Source: Camelus dromedarius (taxonomy: Eukaryota). From it: a stretch of 64,000 nt of DNA. The DNA lies in assembly GCF_036321535.1 (NCBI RefSeq), contig NC_087436.1, forward strand, positions 42,410,001-42,474,000, read 5' to 3'. The position numbers and the translations under genes were made by a program. Positions 24,790 through 37,259 of this stretch are shown here, piece by piece. The notes below the pieces were generated by a model. It was not told the DNA's origin. It saw nothing but the letters and a program-made list of their open reading frames with translations, and made no database searches. Position 1 is the stretch's first letter; each line of letters starts with the position of its first letter.

Positions 24790-24975
24790 AGAGCAGGGAT
24801 CCTGACTTTTTCCTAAAGACTGCGTGGCCTTGGGTAATGCTGTGTGGCCTCGGATTCGGTCTCTGTAAAATAGAGATAGTGCCTATGTCAGATGCTTTTT
24901 AAGAAAAGTAACATAAAACATGCAAAGAGCTTAACAAATGCTTGTCAGAGAGCAGGTATCCCAAAATGCTAGCCA
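24790..24975 (+). mobile_element. MIR SINE
   Basis: gtggccttgggtaa…gcctcggattcggtctctgtaaaatagagatagtgcct…atgcaaagagcttaaca. Confidence 0.65.
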
Positions 24976-27455
24976 TCTGTTTCTTTTATTCATGTCATTT
25001 CTAGGGAGTCTAAGTACATGGGTCTATTCTTGGGAGAATTTTCAGTGGTACTGACCCTAAGCCCATGCTCCTTCACTGATGCTATCACTAGTTCTCCATT
25101 CTTCTGAGCATTCTTGGTGCTCAGTTCTCTCCAGGCTTCTTCTGCCATGGACACTGCACTCCCATGACTTTGGAGAAGCAATTATCCTTCAAGTGTTTTT
25201 AGGTCTTCAAGCTAGGCAAACCTACTCTTTACAAGAGAACATGGATAACCTACTCCTCAACAGGTTGAATTATTTTTTCAGTTTTAAAGTCTTTCCTATT
25301 GAGAAATATATAGCTTTTTTTTTTCACACTCTGGGCTAGAATCCACATAAGTGATACCATACTGTTCTATCCACTCCATCACTGGGCATGTGTATTTGGA
25401 TTTTCTTTTTCCCTAATTTAATAGTCCCCTAAGTTCCCAGAGCTCTACCTCTCCCTAGCAAATACAAAAAGCAGACCACCTCTGTGCTCCCCTGACCACT
25501 GCAGGACATCTGATGTACAGTTGAAAACCTGTTTTCAGTCTCATAATCCTCTTCACCATTTCTCCCAGGGATCCTAGGGATGCTTGTGAAAATGAAATCT
25601 GATGTAGCCTCCTTTCTTATACAAGAACTCCTTAGGTAGGTACGGCCAATACATCTACTTTTCTGTATATACTTCTCATTGTGCTTCACACATATAGTAA
25701 GCAGTCAGGAATTCTAGTATATATTACCAGAAGAGGAAAGAAAGGGAGAAAAAAAAATCAATCAATCAATCAATCTGTCCTGGTGCATACTAAAGCACTC
25801 AATAAATATATTTTAAATAAGAATGAATGATTAAGTACATACAAAGTTTATCCCATTTAAAACTATAAATTATCTTAAGATTAAATCACTGAAAAAAATG
25901 AGACCAGTATATGAGCAGAAATTATTAAATTCCAAGTCACATGTTTGAGATGAGTAGTTTAAAATAGTAATAAAGGGAAGACAATGAAGTCCAAGAAAGT
26001 ATATGAAGAAGTTGGAACATAATTTGTACCTTAAAGGACAGGTAAGCAGTGATTTTTAATCTCTCCATATATTATAGGGATAAATGTGGGGTTGAGGGGA
26101 AGAACCAGTAAAGGCTTAGGAGCAAAAATACACAGAGAGCATATCTGAGGATCCAAGTAACCTGCTGCATGTTCTCCACCTTTAACACAGAACTCACTAA
26201 TCTTGGTAGATTACTCCATTCCACTGTTCTCCACAGCCATGAATTCAAAGGCTTGAAAATTATACAGCTCTTTCCCTGCCACAAACCTGCCAACAGTGTC
26301 ATCAATTACTTTCACCAAGGACAATGACACAGTAACTGTTCTACAGTTCAGCTGAGATTGATCATATGCCTCACAGATCTGGAGATAAAGACTTTAGACC
26401 AGTGATTTATTGGTGTAGATTCATGTGCATTTTTTTCAGCATCCCACAATAATACATTACGCAGTTAGTCTTTTGCTGTGAACTGTGGGAAGATATATTG
26501 AACCATACATCAGATTGAGCAGAGCAACAGGCCTTTTACTAAACATGAAATCATGATCCAATTTCTGCAATAAAAAGTGATTCAGTGATTCTTTAGCAGC
26601 ATTCCACATTTGGAAAGCTAGGTGAATGAAAGGAGATTATATAATAAAATTAACCAGTGAGCAATTACTCATATGCACAGGATTATGGAGAGTAATAGTG
26701 AGGATATCTTTTTAAGTACCTTGGTGAGATTAAAATGACAACTAAAGAAACTAAGAGACTAGACTCGGACAATGAGTATGAACTTGAAGATACAATTAAT
26801 TAGAAGGCCTGTGAAATCAAACATCTGTAGCTCTCCTGCCAGAACAGAAAATGAGGGGAAAACATACACAATTTTAGAACAATTTATCTATCGTCCATTT
26901 ACTGATCTATCACATCTATAATTTTAACTTACTGCCTTCTGATGTTGCTTTACTTCCCAAAGATGCCAGCCTTTACCAATCCTAGAGTAAAATTATCAAC
27001 CATGATGTTAAAATTGCCTTATTGGTTCTATTTATTTTATATTCACTCTAGATCTTAGTAAAAATAATTATACAGAGTATATGATTTTACCTCAAACCAA
27101 TATGACTATACTTTTCCACATTTCATTGAAGAACAATATACATACAGAAAAGTGCACATTTCGTAAAGTACTCATAGCCATATAAGGGTTCTGCACAGAA
27201 ATCATGAAATAGTCCAAAGTATTCTTCAATGAATATTAATTAATGAAAAGATCAAAACATCTAATCTACATCATTTATGACAGTAAATGCTGAATAAGGC
27301 TCACAAAGCTATGGAAATTGAACTGAACTTTCAGAATATTTCATCTTATAACTGCCTCCATTAAGTTTATTATTATTGGAAGTCACTGCAACAAACCCAG
27401 GGAAATCGCTCTTTGTTGTTGAATTAGAAATACATCACAAACCTAGATTCTCAAC

Positions 27456-27905
27456 TGTATTAGCTATGTATTTCTACATAACAATGTGACCATGCACTTT
27501 GCAGCTAAAAACAATACACATGGATTATTTCACAGTATCTGTGGGTCCTGAATCCAGGCATGGTTTAGCTGAGTCCCTTAAAAATTGTCAGATAGGACTG
27601 GGTTCTCATCTGGCGTCACCTAGGAAAGGATCTACTTTCAAGCTCATAAAATTATTGGCAGCTTCTAGTTCCTATAGGCTACCAGACTAAGGGCCTCAGT
27701 TTTTTTGCTGGCTGTCAGCCTAAGGCTGTCCTTAGTTCCCTGCTGTCTGGTCCTTTTCATATGGCATCTTACTACAACACGGCAACTTGTTGATGCAAAG
27801 CCAACAAAGGAGAAAGTCTCTTAGCAAGATGGATATTTCAATCTCATGGAAGATAATCACGTGCCTCCTGTCATCTTTGATATTATTTTGTTGACTATCA
27901 GCAAA
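27456..27905 (-). mobile_element. MLT1F/G-type MaLR LTR
   Basis: tgtattagcta…tttcacagtatctgtgggtc…aatccaggcatggtttagctg…aggatctactttcaagctca…agggcctcagttttttgctggctgt…caaagccaacaa. Confidence 0.75.
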
Positions 27906-27984
27906 TTGAGGAGTTTTTAATTCAGAGAAATTAAAAACTTATACAAAAGGGTCCACAATAAAATCTCCCAAATATGCTTATTGA

Positions 27985-28110
27985 CACAGTTAGGCTAGAC
28001 TAAATCATGCTGTGATAACTAACAGTTCCCAAAATATCAGTAGTTTAAAACAAAAATGTTTATTTTCCACTTATATCAAATAAATGTTCATCACAGGTCA
28101 ATTAGGAATC
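27985..28110 (-). mobile_element. MLT1J/K-type LTR 3' fragment
   Basis: agttaggctagactaaatcatgctgtgataactaac…aaaatatcagtagtttaaaacaaaaatgtttatttt. Confidence 0.5.
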
Positions 28111-29416
28111 TAACCAGAGAGTTAAACTCTAGTAGCCACACAATACAGAATATACCTGCCCAGAATTTTCCAGAAATATAGATATGAAAAATAATCTTTC
28201 AACAAGGTAAATTATTTGTGAATAATTCTATTGAAAAGTAAACCTCATATAAATATTAAGCTTCGCTTTATATTTTTCAAATGAATCAATTTACAAATGA
28301 TTTTGAGGAACTTGCCCACTGTATACAATTACATCATAAACAGATACATCATAAACAGAGCCTTTTAGTAACCAAAATTAAGTAAATCATGAAAATCTCC
28401 CAAAGATCCTGAGGAAAGATAGACATGGAATTAATTAATTAATTACTTTTAAATAAAGATAGACATGGTGAAAGAATGAAGAATTCTTAAGATGATTTAC
28501 AGTCCTCCTGCTTGTACGCAATGAGGTGGGCTGGGTGGACATGTCAGATTTCTTTCAACGTGAAAAGTATGATTATATAACTTCAAGAAATAATGCAATT
28601 AGAATGGGTTTCTAGAAATAAATAGTGCTTTCCTTACACAAAAAGGTGATGAGTGTTTCTGTCCAACATGAAAGAATTATGCTGTCAAAAAGCCGTTTGT
28701 TTGAATAACTACATCTTCATTTTGTTAAGTAACCGCTTTTCTTTGGGCATATCACCAATAAAATTCCAGCACTGAAGAAAATTATGTAATAAATAATTAT
28801 AAAACTTGACAGAATGCCTGTCTTATATAAATTTGCTCAGGGAATGATTGAAAACAGAACTTAAAATAGTTCATCTAGTCAGAAGATTAATAAATTATGA
28901 ATGATGCTACAGATTTAAAACAAGGAATGCCAAAATAATTAAAGCCATGGAGATGTAATTTATAGGATTATCTATATAAAATGTAATGTTTCTGAAAATA
29001 TTTTAGGTTCTGAATTTATCTTTAAAAGACCTACTTTAAAGGAGTATATACTCTATGATTGATTACCATAATTAGTATCAGTTAGTGTTCCTACTTTATT
29101 AATTATCATGGCACTATTTCTGTCTGGGCCAAATTGAAATTTACAACCTAATCCTCACCACAACACCATGTGATGACTGAGGCTTAAAGACTAGACAACT
29201 TTATTCAAAATGTGCAGGCTAGAGAATTGTTTTTTAAATGGTAAAGCTATCTAGGACAGGATGAAGACTGAAGGATGGGACTGAACTGTGAGGAGAAATT
29301 AGAGGTCATTTGAAGGAGGCTAATCTGGCAAAGAAGATGATGAGAAGAGTCCACAATGATGGCATAATTAAATGAGGACCTTGTATAAAGACAAATGAAG
29401 TTTCCATGAGAGCATA

Positions 29417-29611
29417 TAGTGGTCATTTTCAAAGTGTGGCCCCCAGAACAAAAGCATCAGCATCACCTAGGAACACGTTAGAGATGCAAATTCTCAGGCC
29501 CCACCTCAAACCTACAGATACAGAACTACAAACAGAAACTCCAGGGGCTGGGGTGGGAAGCCATCTGTGTTTTTGGTGATTCTGATTCACTCTCAAGTTT
29601 GAGACCTGCTG
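29417..29611. mobile_element. MER5A hAT-Charlie MITE
   Basis: tcaaagtgtggccccc…gcatcagcatcacctagga…gttagagatgcaaattctcaggccccacc…ggtgattctgattcactctcaagtttgaga. Confidence 0.85.
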
Positions 29612-29744
29612 GTATAGAGTCATGGAAACTAGGGAAGGGAAAAATAAAGATGGAATGGTTCACATGCTGAATGCTACTGAGAGCTTGAATAAAATGAAGA
29701 CAGGAGAGCGTCCATTAGAGCTGAGCATGGAGGTCACTGGGGAC

Positions 29745-30248
29745 TGTTATGCAAAAGACACAGATACACATATACTAGTCTCTAGGAAGTATTTATTAGG
29801 GAAAGCGTAGAGGCAATAGAGTCAGTAGGATGCACAAGTTACCTTTCTATTCATCATACAATGGGCCAGATGGACAAAACATGGAAAGTGCTGTATGAGA
29901 AGGACTCTCTCTCTCTCTGTGGTACATATATTTATTGGACAGTTAAGAAAAGTCAAGGAACTGGAGCCAACCACGTAATAATGGAAGCTTCCTGGCTGTG
30001 GATATGGCCTTGTAAGACAGTAACTTAGGAGAGGTCACATACTAATGTCACTTATGAGATGTAGAGACCTTGTGTTCTTTTGATGGGCTTACCCAGTGCT
30101 GTGGAGCCAACTCTTTGGCAAGTCACCTAGAAAGGGAACAGACAGGGCAACTAGGACCATGAACCAAGGCAACCCAAAAAATAAGAAATATGTCTCTACT
30201 ATGTGACCTTGAAAGCACCAGATTATAGACAAAAGTCTGGCTACATCA
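29745..30248 (-). mobile_element. Unclassified ~500-bp LTR-like insert
   Basis: Starts TGT, ends CA, tttatt (reverse AATAAA) about 45 nt from left end, interrupts L2; no TSD visible. Confidence 0.4.
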
Positions 30249-31869
30249 TAAGGAAGTAAACAGTATTGGTAGCACAAAAATATGTGTGGCCAGGATTTTT
30301 TTTTTTAAATATGGGAGATACTAGACCACACTGGTGTGTTGAAAAGAATAATTCAGTGGAGAGGTAATACTGGTATTTCAGGACTGAAAGAGGACACTCA
30401 GGTTAGCCAAGATATTTGAAGAGATACACAGAGCTGGAATCTAGAGAACATGTAGAGGGAATTGTCATGAAGGTTGAATTGGGAAAGAAGAAAAAGAAGA
30501 GTCTGGATGTTGTAGGTTTTGAACGCATTTATTCCTATCTGCTAATTTGATAATCTCTTGGTCTGGACCATCTCTTTCTAAGACCATGGCTTGACTGTGT
30601 GAGACACCAAGTTTTCTGTCTATGGAGAGATTGAGAAGCAGCATTGGGTCTCAGGGTGTCATCAGAATCAGATGACTCAACAGCAGCTGCCACACCCCTG
30701 AAAACTGAGTCTAGGGCTTAGTGTGTTTACAGTGCTGCCCTCCCTGTTCTATGCATCACAATGCAATGGCCATCCATGCACTGAATAGGGTCAGGAATCC
30801 ATCCACCAGTCCATGTACTTGGAGGCTATTAGATCAAAGAACTATTTCTTGACTTTTGTACACAAGTAAGAGAAATAAGAGAAAATGGACTTAATCCTCA
30901 TAGGTAATGATCACCTTCACACAGGGCATAGTTTATTTGCTTAGGTCAAGATGTAGGAACAAAAACATTCTTTCTTTCCCTCTTAAGATTTTCTTCCTTC
31001 TGTTTCCATTGACTTATACACGAAGGTGAATGGAAGAGAAATTACGAACTGCAGTACTAAGAACATGTGAAATTTCTTACTGAAGACTCATTTTTGAGGA
31101 CATTGTGGAGTTACACTGTGCACTCAGAGCTTATGTGGTGACAGAGTTGGAAATACCCAAAAGGATTGAGAGTATAAAAGTATAAAATAATGCACTATAA
31201 TCCCACTCCATTATTCCTTTTGTGGAAACAGGACAAAAAATATTGGGGGTGTATACTTAATCTTTACAGAAGAAAATTCATTTAATTTTCCCAATAACTT
31301 GAAGCTCTCCATAACACGATATTAAGGCAAATGAATTTTTAATTGCTGTTTTGCAGTGCTTCATGTATGCTATGGCATGTTTTTAAAGTGATTTATTGAA
31401 TGTGATAAGTGAAAATAAGCCATAACACAATTTGCCTGGCAGAACTGTCTCACCGACAATTATAAATCATGTGTAACCACTTGGAATGTAACACTGTATT
31501 CTGAGTGAAATACAACTGTACAGGACATTACCCTCTCTCATTGTATAATATTTACAGATAACCAACAGCACCTGGAGCATGAGATAAAGTCTGAGTCCTC
31601 TATTATTTTATATTTCAACACCCTGAAGGCAGAAACATAAATTGAAGTGCATGGTTCTTCAAGAGTGATGTCAGGCTCTCTGTAAAAGTTCAATGACCTG
31701 AGGAATTAGCAGTGAAGATTAATAGCCTATTATACTTCAAAATAGACTTTTTGCTCAAATAGAGTTAAATTTTCCCACACTGTCTGCCACAGATAGTTAA
31801 GAAGAGTATTTCTCTCATTTGACTTTGTTAATCATAGAATCATGCTGACTGACCTATTGTAAATTCATG

Positions 31870-32362
31870 CTGACTATTTTCAATTGTGATCTCAAAGTTA
31901 CTTGACAATCTGATTCTTCACCCCTAGATGATAAATTAGTCCACCCCTTACAACTCAAATTTCAAATCTCGCATCTTCTCAAATTCTCTTGCCTAACTTT
32001 CCTACACACTCTAGATCTTCAGGTAGCCTTGCCTTCTTGTTTACTGAAGACATTATTGTTAAGACTATTAAGCCGAAACTCTCACTTCACTCATTATAAT
32101 TATATCTTTATTAGGTATTCTTTGCTTGTGTCTCAAAGGAAAAAATTATCTGTTTTTCTAATGAATTCCTATGGCATTTTGTTCCACTAATATGGTACTT
32201 ATTTTGCGCTTATTGTGCTGCAATTACTGCATGCATGGTTAAACCTTCTTGTCTATTACACACTTCCTGTGTATAGAGGCCACACCTAATAAAAATAAGT
32301 ATCTCCCACAGTGCCAAGCCTTGTAAGCAAACAATTCTTAATTAATATTTGCTAAATGAATG
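31870..32362 (+). mobile_element. Degraded L2 with 3' end
   Basis: ccttgccttcttgtttactgaaga…; gtatctcccacagtgccaagc…aatatttgctaaatgaatg tail. Confidence 0.55.
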
Positions 32363-32614
32363 TATCTGGAAGAAATGACAACATCCTGGCTTCTATTACC
32401 ATTCTATTTGTTTCAAAATAAAAATAGTGTAAAGGTATTCTACAGGCTGTATAATTTATTTTCAAATTTAGAAGCCAATAAAAGGAGAGAACAATAACTA
32501 CCTTGTTTAATAAAGGATCTCAGAGAAGGAATTTTTAATACAAATGGACAATGATGAATGATTCTGAATCTATCAATTGCCATTTCTTTTAATTACCTTA
32601 GCGTAGGTATAGCC

Positions 32615-32910
32615 AAATTCCCTAAGCCTGTGTGCCAAAGTATGCATTTGGAACACGTGTCTCACTCATGATGGTAAGGGATGTTCTGTAAGGACAACTT
32701 TGAGATCAAGAGGTTATGTTAAATAGGATGATCTCCTCCAGAAGATTCATCTTATACAGTAAGCTATTAAAGAATCTAGAATCTTGTGGTAAAAAAAAAA
32801 AAAAATCTCATTTAACCCAGCATTTCTAGAAATCCAAAATTCTACTTTGTCACACATTAATATCTAATAGGACATTAGTATTTAATAAATGATAGTTTGG
32901 GAAATTCCAT
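32615..32910. mobile_element. MER103C-like hAT-Charlie MITE
   Basis: agattcatc…gctattaaagaatctagaatcttgtggtaaa…tttaacccagcatttc…agtttgggaaa. Confidence 0.55.
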
Positions 32911-32999
32911 CTTGAAACTTGGAGAGAGTGATATGGCTTTATGTGGCTATGCAGTCTTTTAAAACAAATTCTCTGAGATCTATACTGTCATGAATTATT

Positions 33000-34050
33000 A
33001 ATGTATTCAAAGACTTTATTAAGCACCACCTATGCATCAGCCATTCTAATAGACACTAAGAACACACACAAACAAAATGGGCATGGTCTCGTCACTCAGG
33101 AGTTTTGGCTTAATTAAGACGCAGTAATTCTTTCCAAGATCTGAAGAAATAGACTTCATTAGACAAGTAAGCTGTGGGAGGCAGAGCATTCCCTATAGAG
33201 AAAAAAACATGTCCGAAGGCCACTTGGTGGGAAGGACTGTGGATGTTTAAGTCCAGCATGGCTAAAGACAGAGCACATAAGAGGATGGTGGAGACAGAGC
33301 TGGAGCAGTATGCATGGACAAAAACATACAGGGCATTTTAGGCAAAATTTTAATCACTGTTTTTATTTGAAAACTAATGGAAAGCCATTTAGTTATCATC
33401 AACGGAAAAGTGATATGCATTCTAAAATGATTGCAGCTATAATGACAGCAATTTGGATGGGGACAAAAGGAGATATGGGCAGATAAATTAGAAAGTTAAT
33501 TTAGTAGCTCAGGCAAGAAATAATGACAGCTTGGTGCTATATAGATTGAATTATATTCCTCCCAAATTTATATGTTGATACAGTAAAGCCCCCATGTGAC
33601 TATATTGAAAATAAAGCCCTGAAGGAGGTGACTAAGGTTAAATGAGGTCATAAGAGTGGATCTTTGATCCAGCAGAACCAGTGCCCTTATAAAAGTGGAA
33701 GAGATACAAATATCTATCTCCTTCTGCCATGCAAAGACACAGTGAGAAGGTGGCTGTCTGAGGGCCAGGAAGAGAGTGCCAAGGAAATCAAACTCTCTTG
33801 AAACCTTGCTATTGAACTTTTCAGCCTCCAAAACTGTGAGAAAATAAATTTCTGTTGTTTAAGACACTCAGTCTATGGTATTTAATTTTGGCAGCCCAAG
33901 CACACTAAAACACTTGGACTAGGGTGTTGGTAGTAGAGATGAAAAAGAGCATACTAATAGGACAGATGTATAGGAGGTAAATATCAACACAGCAGATGAT
34001 ATAGAAGTAAGAGGGGAATGTCAAGGATGAACTTTTGGTTTCTGATTTAT
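33000..34050 (-). mobile_element. L2 3' region interrupted by MLT1A
   Basis: tttattaagcaccacctatgcatcag…aggcagagcattcc…atggaaagccatt…caggcaagaaataatgacagcttgg|actagggtgttggtagtagagatg. Confidence 0.75.
33535..33912 (+). mobile_element. MLT1A/MLT1A0 solo LTR with perfect 5-bp TSD
   Basis: tgcta…aaatttatatgttga…aggttaaatgaggtcataag…cagcctccaaaactgtgagaaaataaatttctgttgtttaag…ctaaaaca; flanked by cttgg (33530-33534) and cttgg (33913-33917). Confidence 0.93.
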
Positions 34051-34779
34051 TAGTTTTCTCTTACACATTTTTTTCTCCTGAAATATTTATAGATCTTGAA
34101 TGCTGGTCTTTATTTCTTATTGTATTATGGTATTCAGTTCCTATTTGCTATTTGCTCAAATTTCCATGTTTTCTCACCTCAAGGCTTTTGTACATTCTGC
34201 TTCTTTTGCTTCAAGCATCTATTACTCCTCAAGTTTCATTTCACTGGATAATCTCTACTCAACCATCCTTCAACACAGTGATCAAGCATCAGATCCTCTA
34301 ATATTCCTCATATATGTGCCTCTAAGTACTTATCATTGCCATTTTAACTGTCTGTTAATTCATCTCTTTTTCCGATGACAATGAAAATACACTGTGATGT
34401 ACTGGAGAAGACGATGATTAAGGTAACTAGATGGACAAGCAGGAGGCAGTCAAGAAAAGAAGAGGAATAAAGGTCATTCTATCATTTTTGCATCTACAGC
34501 AATTCCTGTAATACAGCATGAGACAGACCCACTAGATCATTGCTAACTGGATTAATAAAGATGAGTGAAACATACATTTATATTTTATAGTAGTTTATTT
34601 AGGCCATCTCTTATGTATTTATATCAGGATAATATTACTCAGTTTGCATGCACATATGTATGTGTATGCACACATGACTGTGTCCACTCTGCTGGTAGAA
34701 ATCTAAATTAGAATAACTTTTCTGAAAGCAAAGCTGCCAGTTTTATTGGACATTTCTACCCTACTTGAAATTCCTCTCA

Positions 34780-35240
34780 ACTCCACCTCTCACTCTTGAC
34801 GCTGCTACCTGCTTTTGTTCATGTACAATCAACAGCCCTTTGCCTCAAGCCTTACTGTCTCTCTCTTGCTTCAGGACATAGGGCTTGTGTGATGCTCTGG
34901 TGAGGGTTTTCAGTGAGAACTTTCTCAGAGCAGCCTGCAAGCAAGATGGAGTTAATGCCTGAGGGGCCACCCTGACCAATGGAGAAAAGATGAAACTTAT
35001 TCCCTGGGCAGACAGCACTAAGAATCATTTCCTACAGTTCCTCATAAGGTGCCAGGAAATTTAGCACCTGTGCCTGAAGTGGTGGACATTCAATAATACA
35101 TGACTGTTTCATGTTTCCCTCCTTCCATGTTTCATTACCCTGTGCTGGACTCCTACTTCCTGGGATCGTATTTCCAAATTACCTTTCTAGACCCAGTCCT
35201 CTGTCTCATGTTTAACATTCAAGAGAACCTACACTAAGAA
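34780..35240 (+). mobile_element. LTR16-type ERVL solo LTR
   Basis: ggagttaatgcc…ccctgaccaatgg…ctcctacttcctgggatc…ccaaattacc…gtcctctgtctca…gaacctacactaaga. Confidence 0.7.
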
Positions 35241-35999
35241 AGAGTCGGTAATATATAAAAATTTAAGGGTGTATATTTTTTATCCTTAGAATTCCATTCT
35301 TGGAATTCTTCTAAGGTGAGAGAGGAGAATTGAGACAGACACAAAAGATCTACATTCAACTATAAAAGACACTCCTTAAATCTCCAGTTTTGAGATTGCT
35401 ATTAAACAGATATCTAAATATCAGAGAGATATTGCTGAGGGTCTTTCTCAATGATGCTTATAATGACAGCCATAACTTTAAGTAAATTTATATTCTGTCT
35501 TGCTTTGTTTATGGGCATGTATTAGTTTCACTAGAAAAAAAGTAAAATAAACCTTTTCAATTTATAATTAAAAGAGGTTCACTGGAAACTTCCCAGATCC
35601 TATGAATATAGGTATATGTGATAATTTTATCTTGTTTTATAATTCTTCATGAACTAAAATACAATACTGTTAAAATATTTTCACAAATTTTAGTTTATAC
35701 ACATCAATCATTATCTTTAGAAAATGAGAATAAGCTTTTACTGGGAATTATTTTATTTTATACAAGAACAAAGGATAAAGAAAGTTGATAATTATTCTTT
35801 GGGATACCACAAGAGTGCCAACAATCCTTTTAAAGCTTAAAAATCTGAAAAAATATCACTGTTATATTAGCAAAATGTTTGCACAGAAACTTGCAAAAAA
35901 AAAAACAGAATGGAGGTCTAGAATTGAAGAATTTTAAGGTAATTTATTTGGAATAACCAATTTTTAAAATTTCCTTTAAAGTCAGCTATCCAGAGACTT

Positions 36000-37255
36000 G
36001 ACCAAGTTTCTTCTAAAATGTGGATAATAAAATTTCTCTGTAAGTTTCAGTAAAATTCAAATTTTAGTGAATTTGTTACATGTATTCTTTGTCCCTATTC
36101 ATTGTCATAATATTCTTAATAATATTTTTGGATATTAAGTTATCCTGTCAACTGTCTTCAATGTTCATTGCATAATTTTTTCATTGGGTCTTGCTTCCTT
36201 TCTGATTTTTAAGAGTTTATTTTTATACTAGGAAATTACCTAATGTCAAATATGATTCTTAAAAACTTTGCAATTTCATTAACGAGTTAATTAAATGTTT
36301 GAGATACTCATTTTATACTTGTATATGTCATCTTATTAATTTTTCAAAAATTATACATCAACATGTCTTTCCTGTAAAGTGAGTGACAAATAATTTTTCT
36401 AATTTTACAGCTGTCTTTTGACTCTTTTAAGGATTTTTTTGCTATATAATTTTAAAATACTTAATATAATTTGTCAGTTATTTCTTAGCTTTGTGAACTT
36501 GGGGTTTTTTTATATTATTCAAAATCACTCCACTTCCTAAAAAAATTACCTAAACATAAAACTAGCATTCTATAGTGTGTGCTATGGTCTTTAAAAAAAA
36601 AAAATTTACATCTTTCTTCTATCTGCAATTGTATCACATATATGGAATTAAGTGTATAATCTGCTTATCTTTTTCTTAACACCTTGTAAATTTTCACAAT
36701 AATTTTATAATTATTAAGTAACTCATCTTTACATGTCTAGTATGAAATAGTTTTGTTATATTCCAAATTTCTATGTGTCTTTAAGCCTATTTCTTTTCTG
36801 CCTTTCTGTCTGTGTAATCATGAGTCAGTACCACACTGCTTTAATGGCTCAAGCTTAATTTAAAGCTTTATTCTCTGGGAAGGCTAGCTCCAGACAGCTC
36901 CTTTACTCAGCTTTCAAAGGTTTCCTGCCTATTCTCCTATATCTACTATTCCAGTTAATCATTAATATCATCATATCAAGTTTTAAAAAAAAATCTCTTG
37001 TTTTATCAGGATGACACATTTTATAGATTAAATTAGGAAGAATTCACATCTTTACAGCATTAAAAACTATTATCCAAATATTAGGTGTGTCTTTTATTGA
37101 TTCAAATATTTTTAAGTCCTTTTCCCTTATCAGCAGCAAGAGAAAAATCACTTACCTTTATAGTCTTTCAAGGATTCTTTTCTTAGATTTAATTATTTTT
37201 TATACTCTTTGTTGCTCTTGTTTTCTATTGAATTAGTAGCTTTTACTTTTGCTAA
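36000..37255 (-). mobile_element. Highly degraded L1ME-type fragment
   Basis: T-rich; tgagtcagtaccacactgctttaat; tttatagattaaattaggaagaattcacatctttacagcatt. Confidence 0.6.
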
Positions 37256-37259
37256 AGTA

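Larger units (their letters stand above)
29250..30520 (-). mobile_element. L2 fragment interrupted by MER5A and an LTR-like insert
   Basis: agtcatggaaactagggaagg…gaatgctactgagagcttgaataaaatgaagacaggagagcgtccattagag…ggaggtcactgg; resumes tttttaaatatgggagatactag. Confidence 0.6.

Noticed and set aside
28331..28360. Short tandem duplications (acatcataaacaga x2; also gacacatcccca x2 near 38490)
   Set aside because: Ordinary slippage duplications; no array structure and nothing CRISPR-like.
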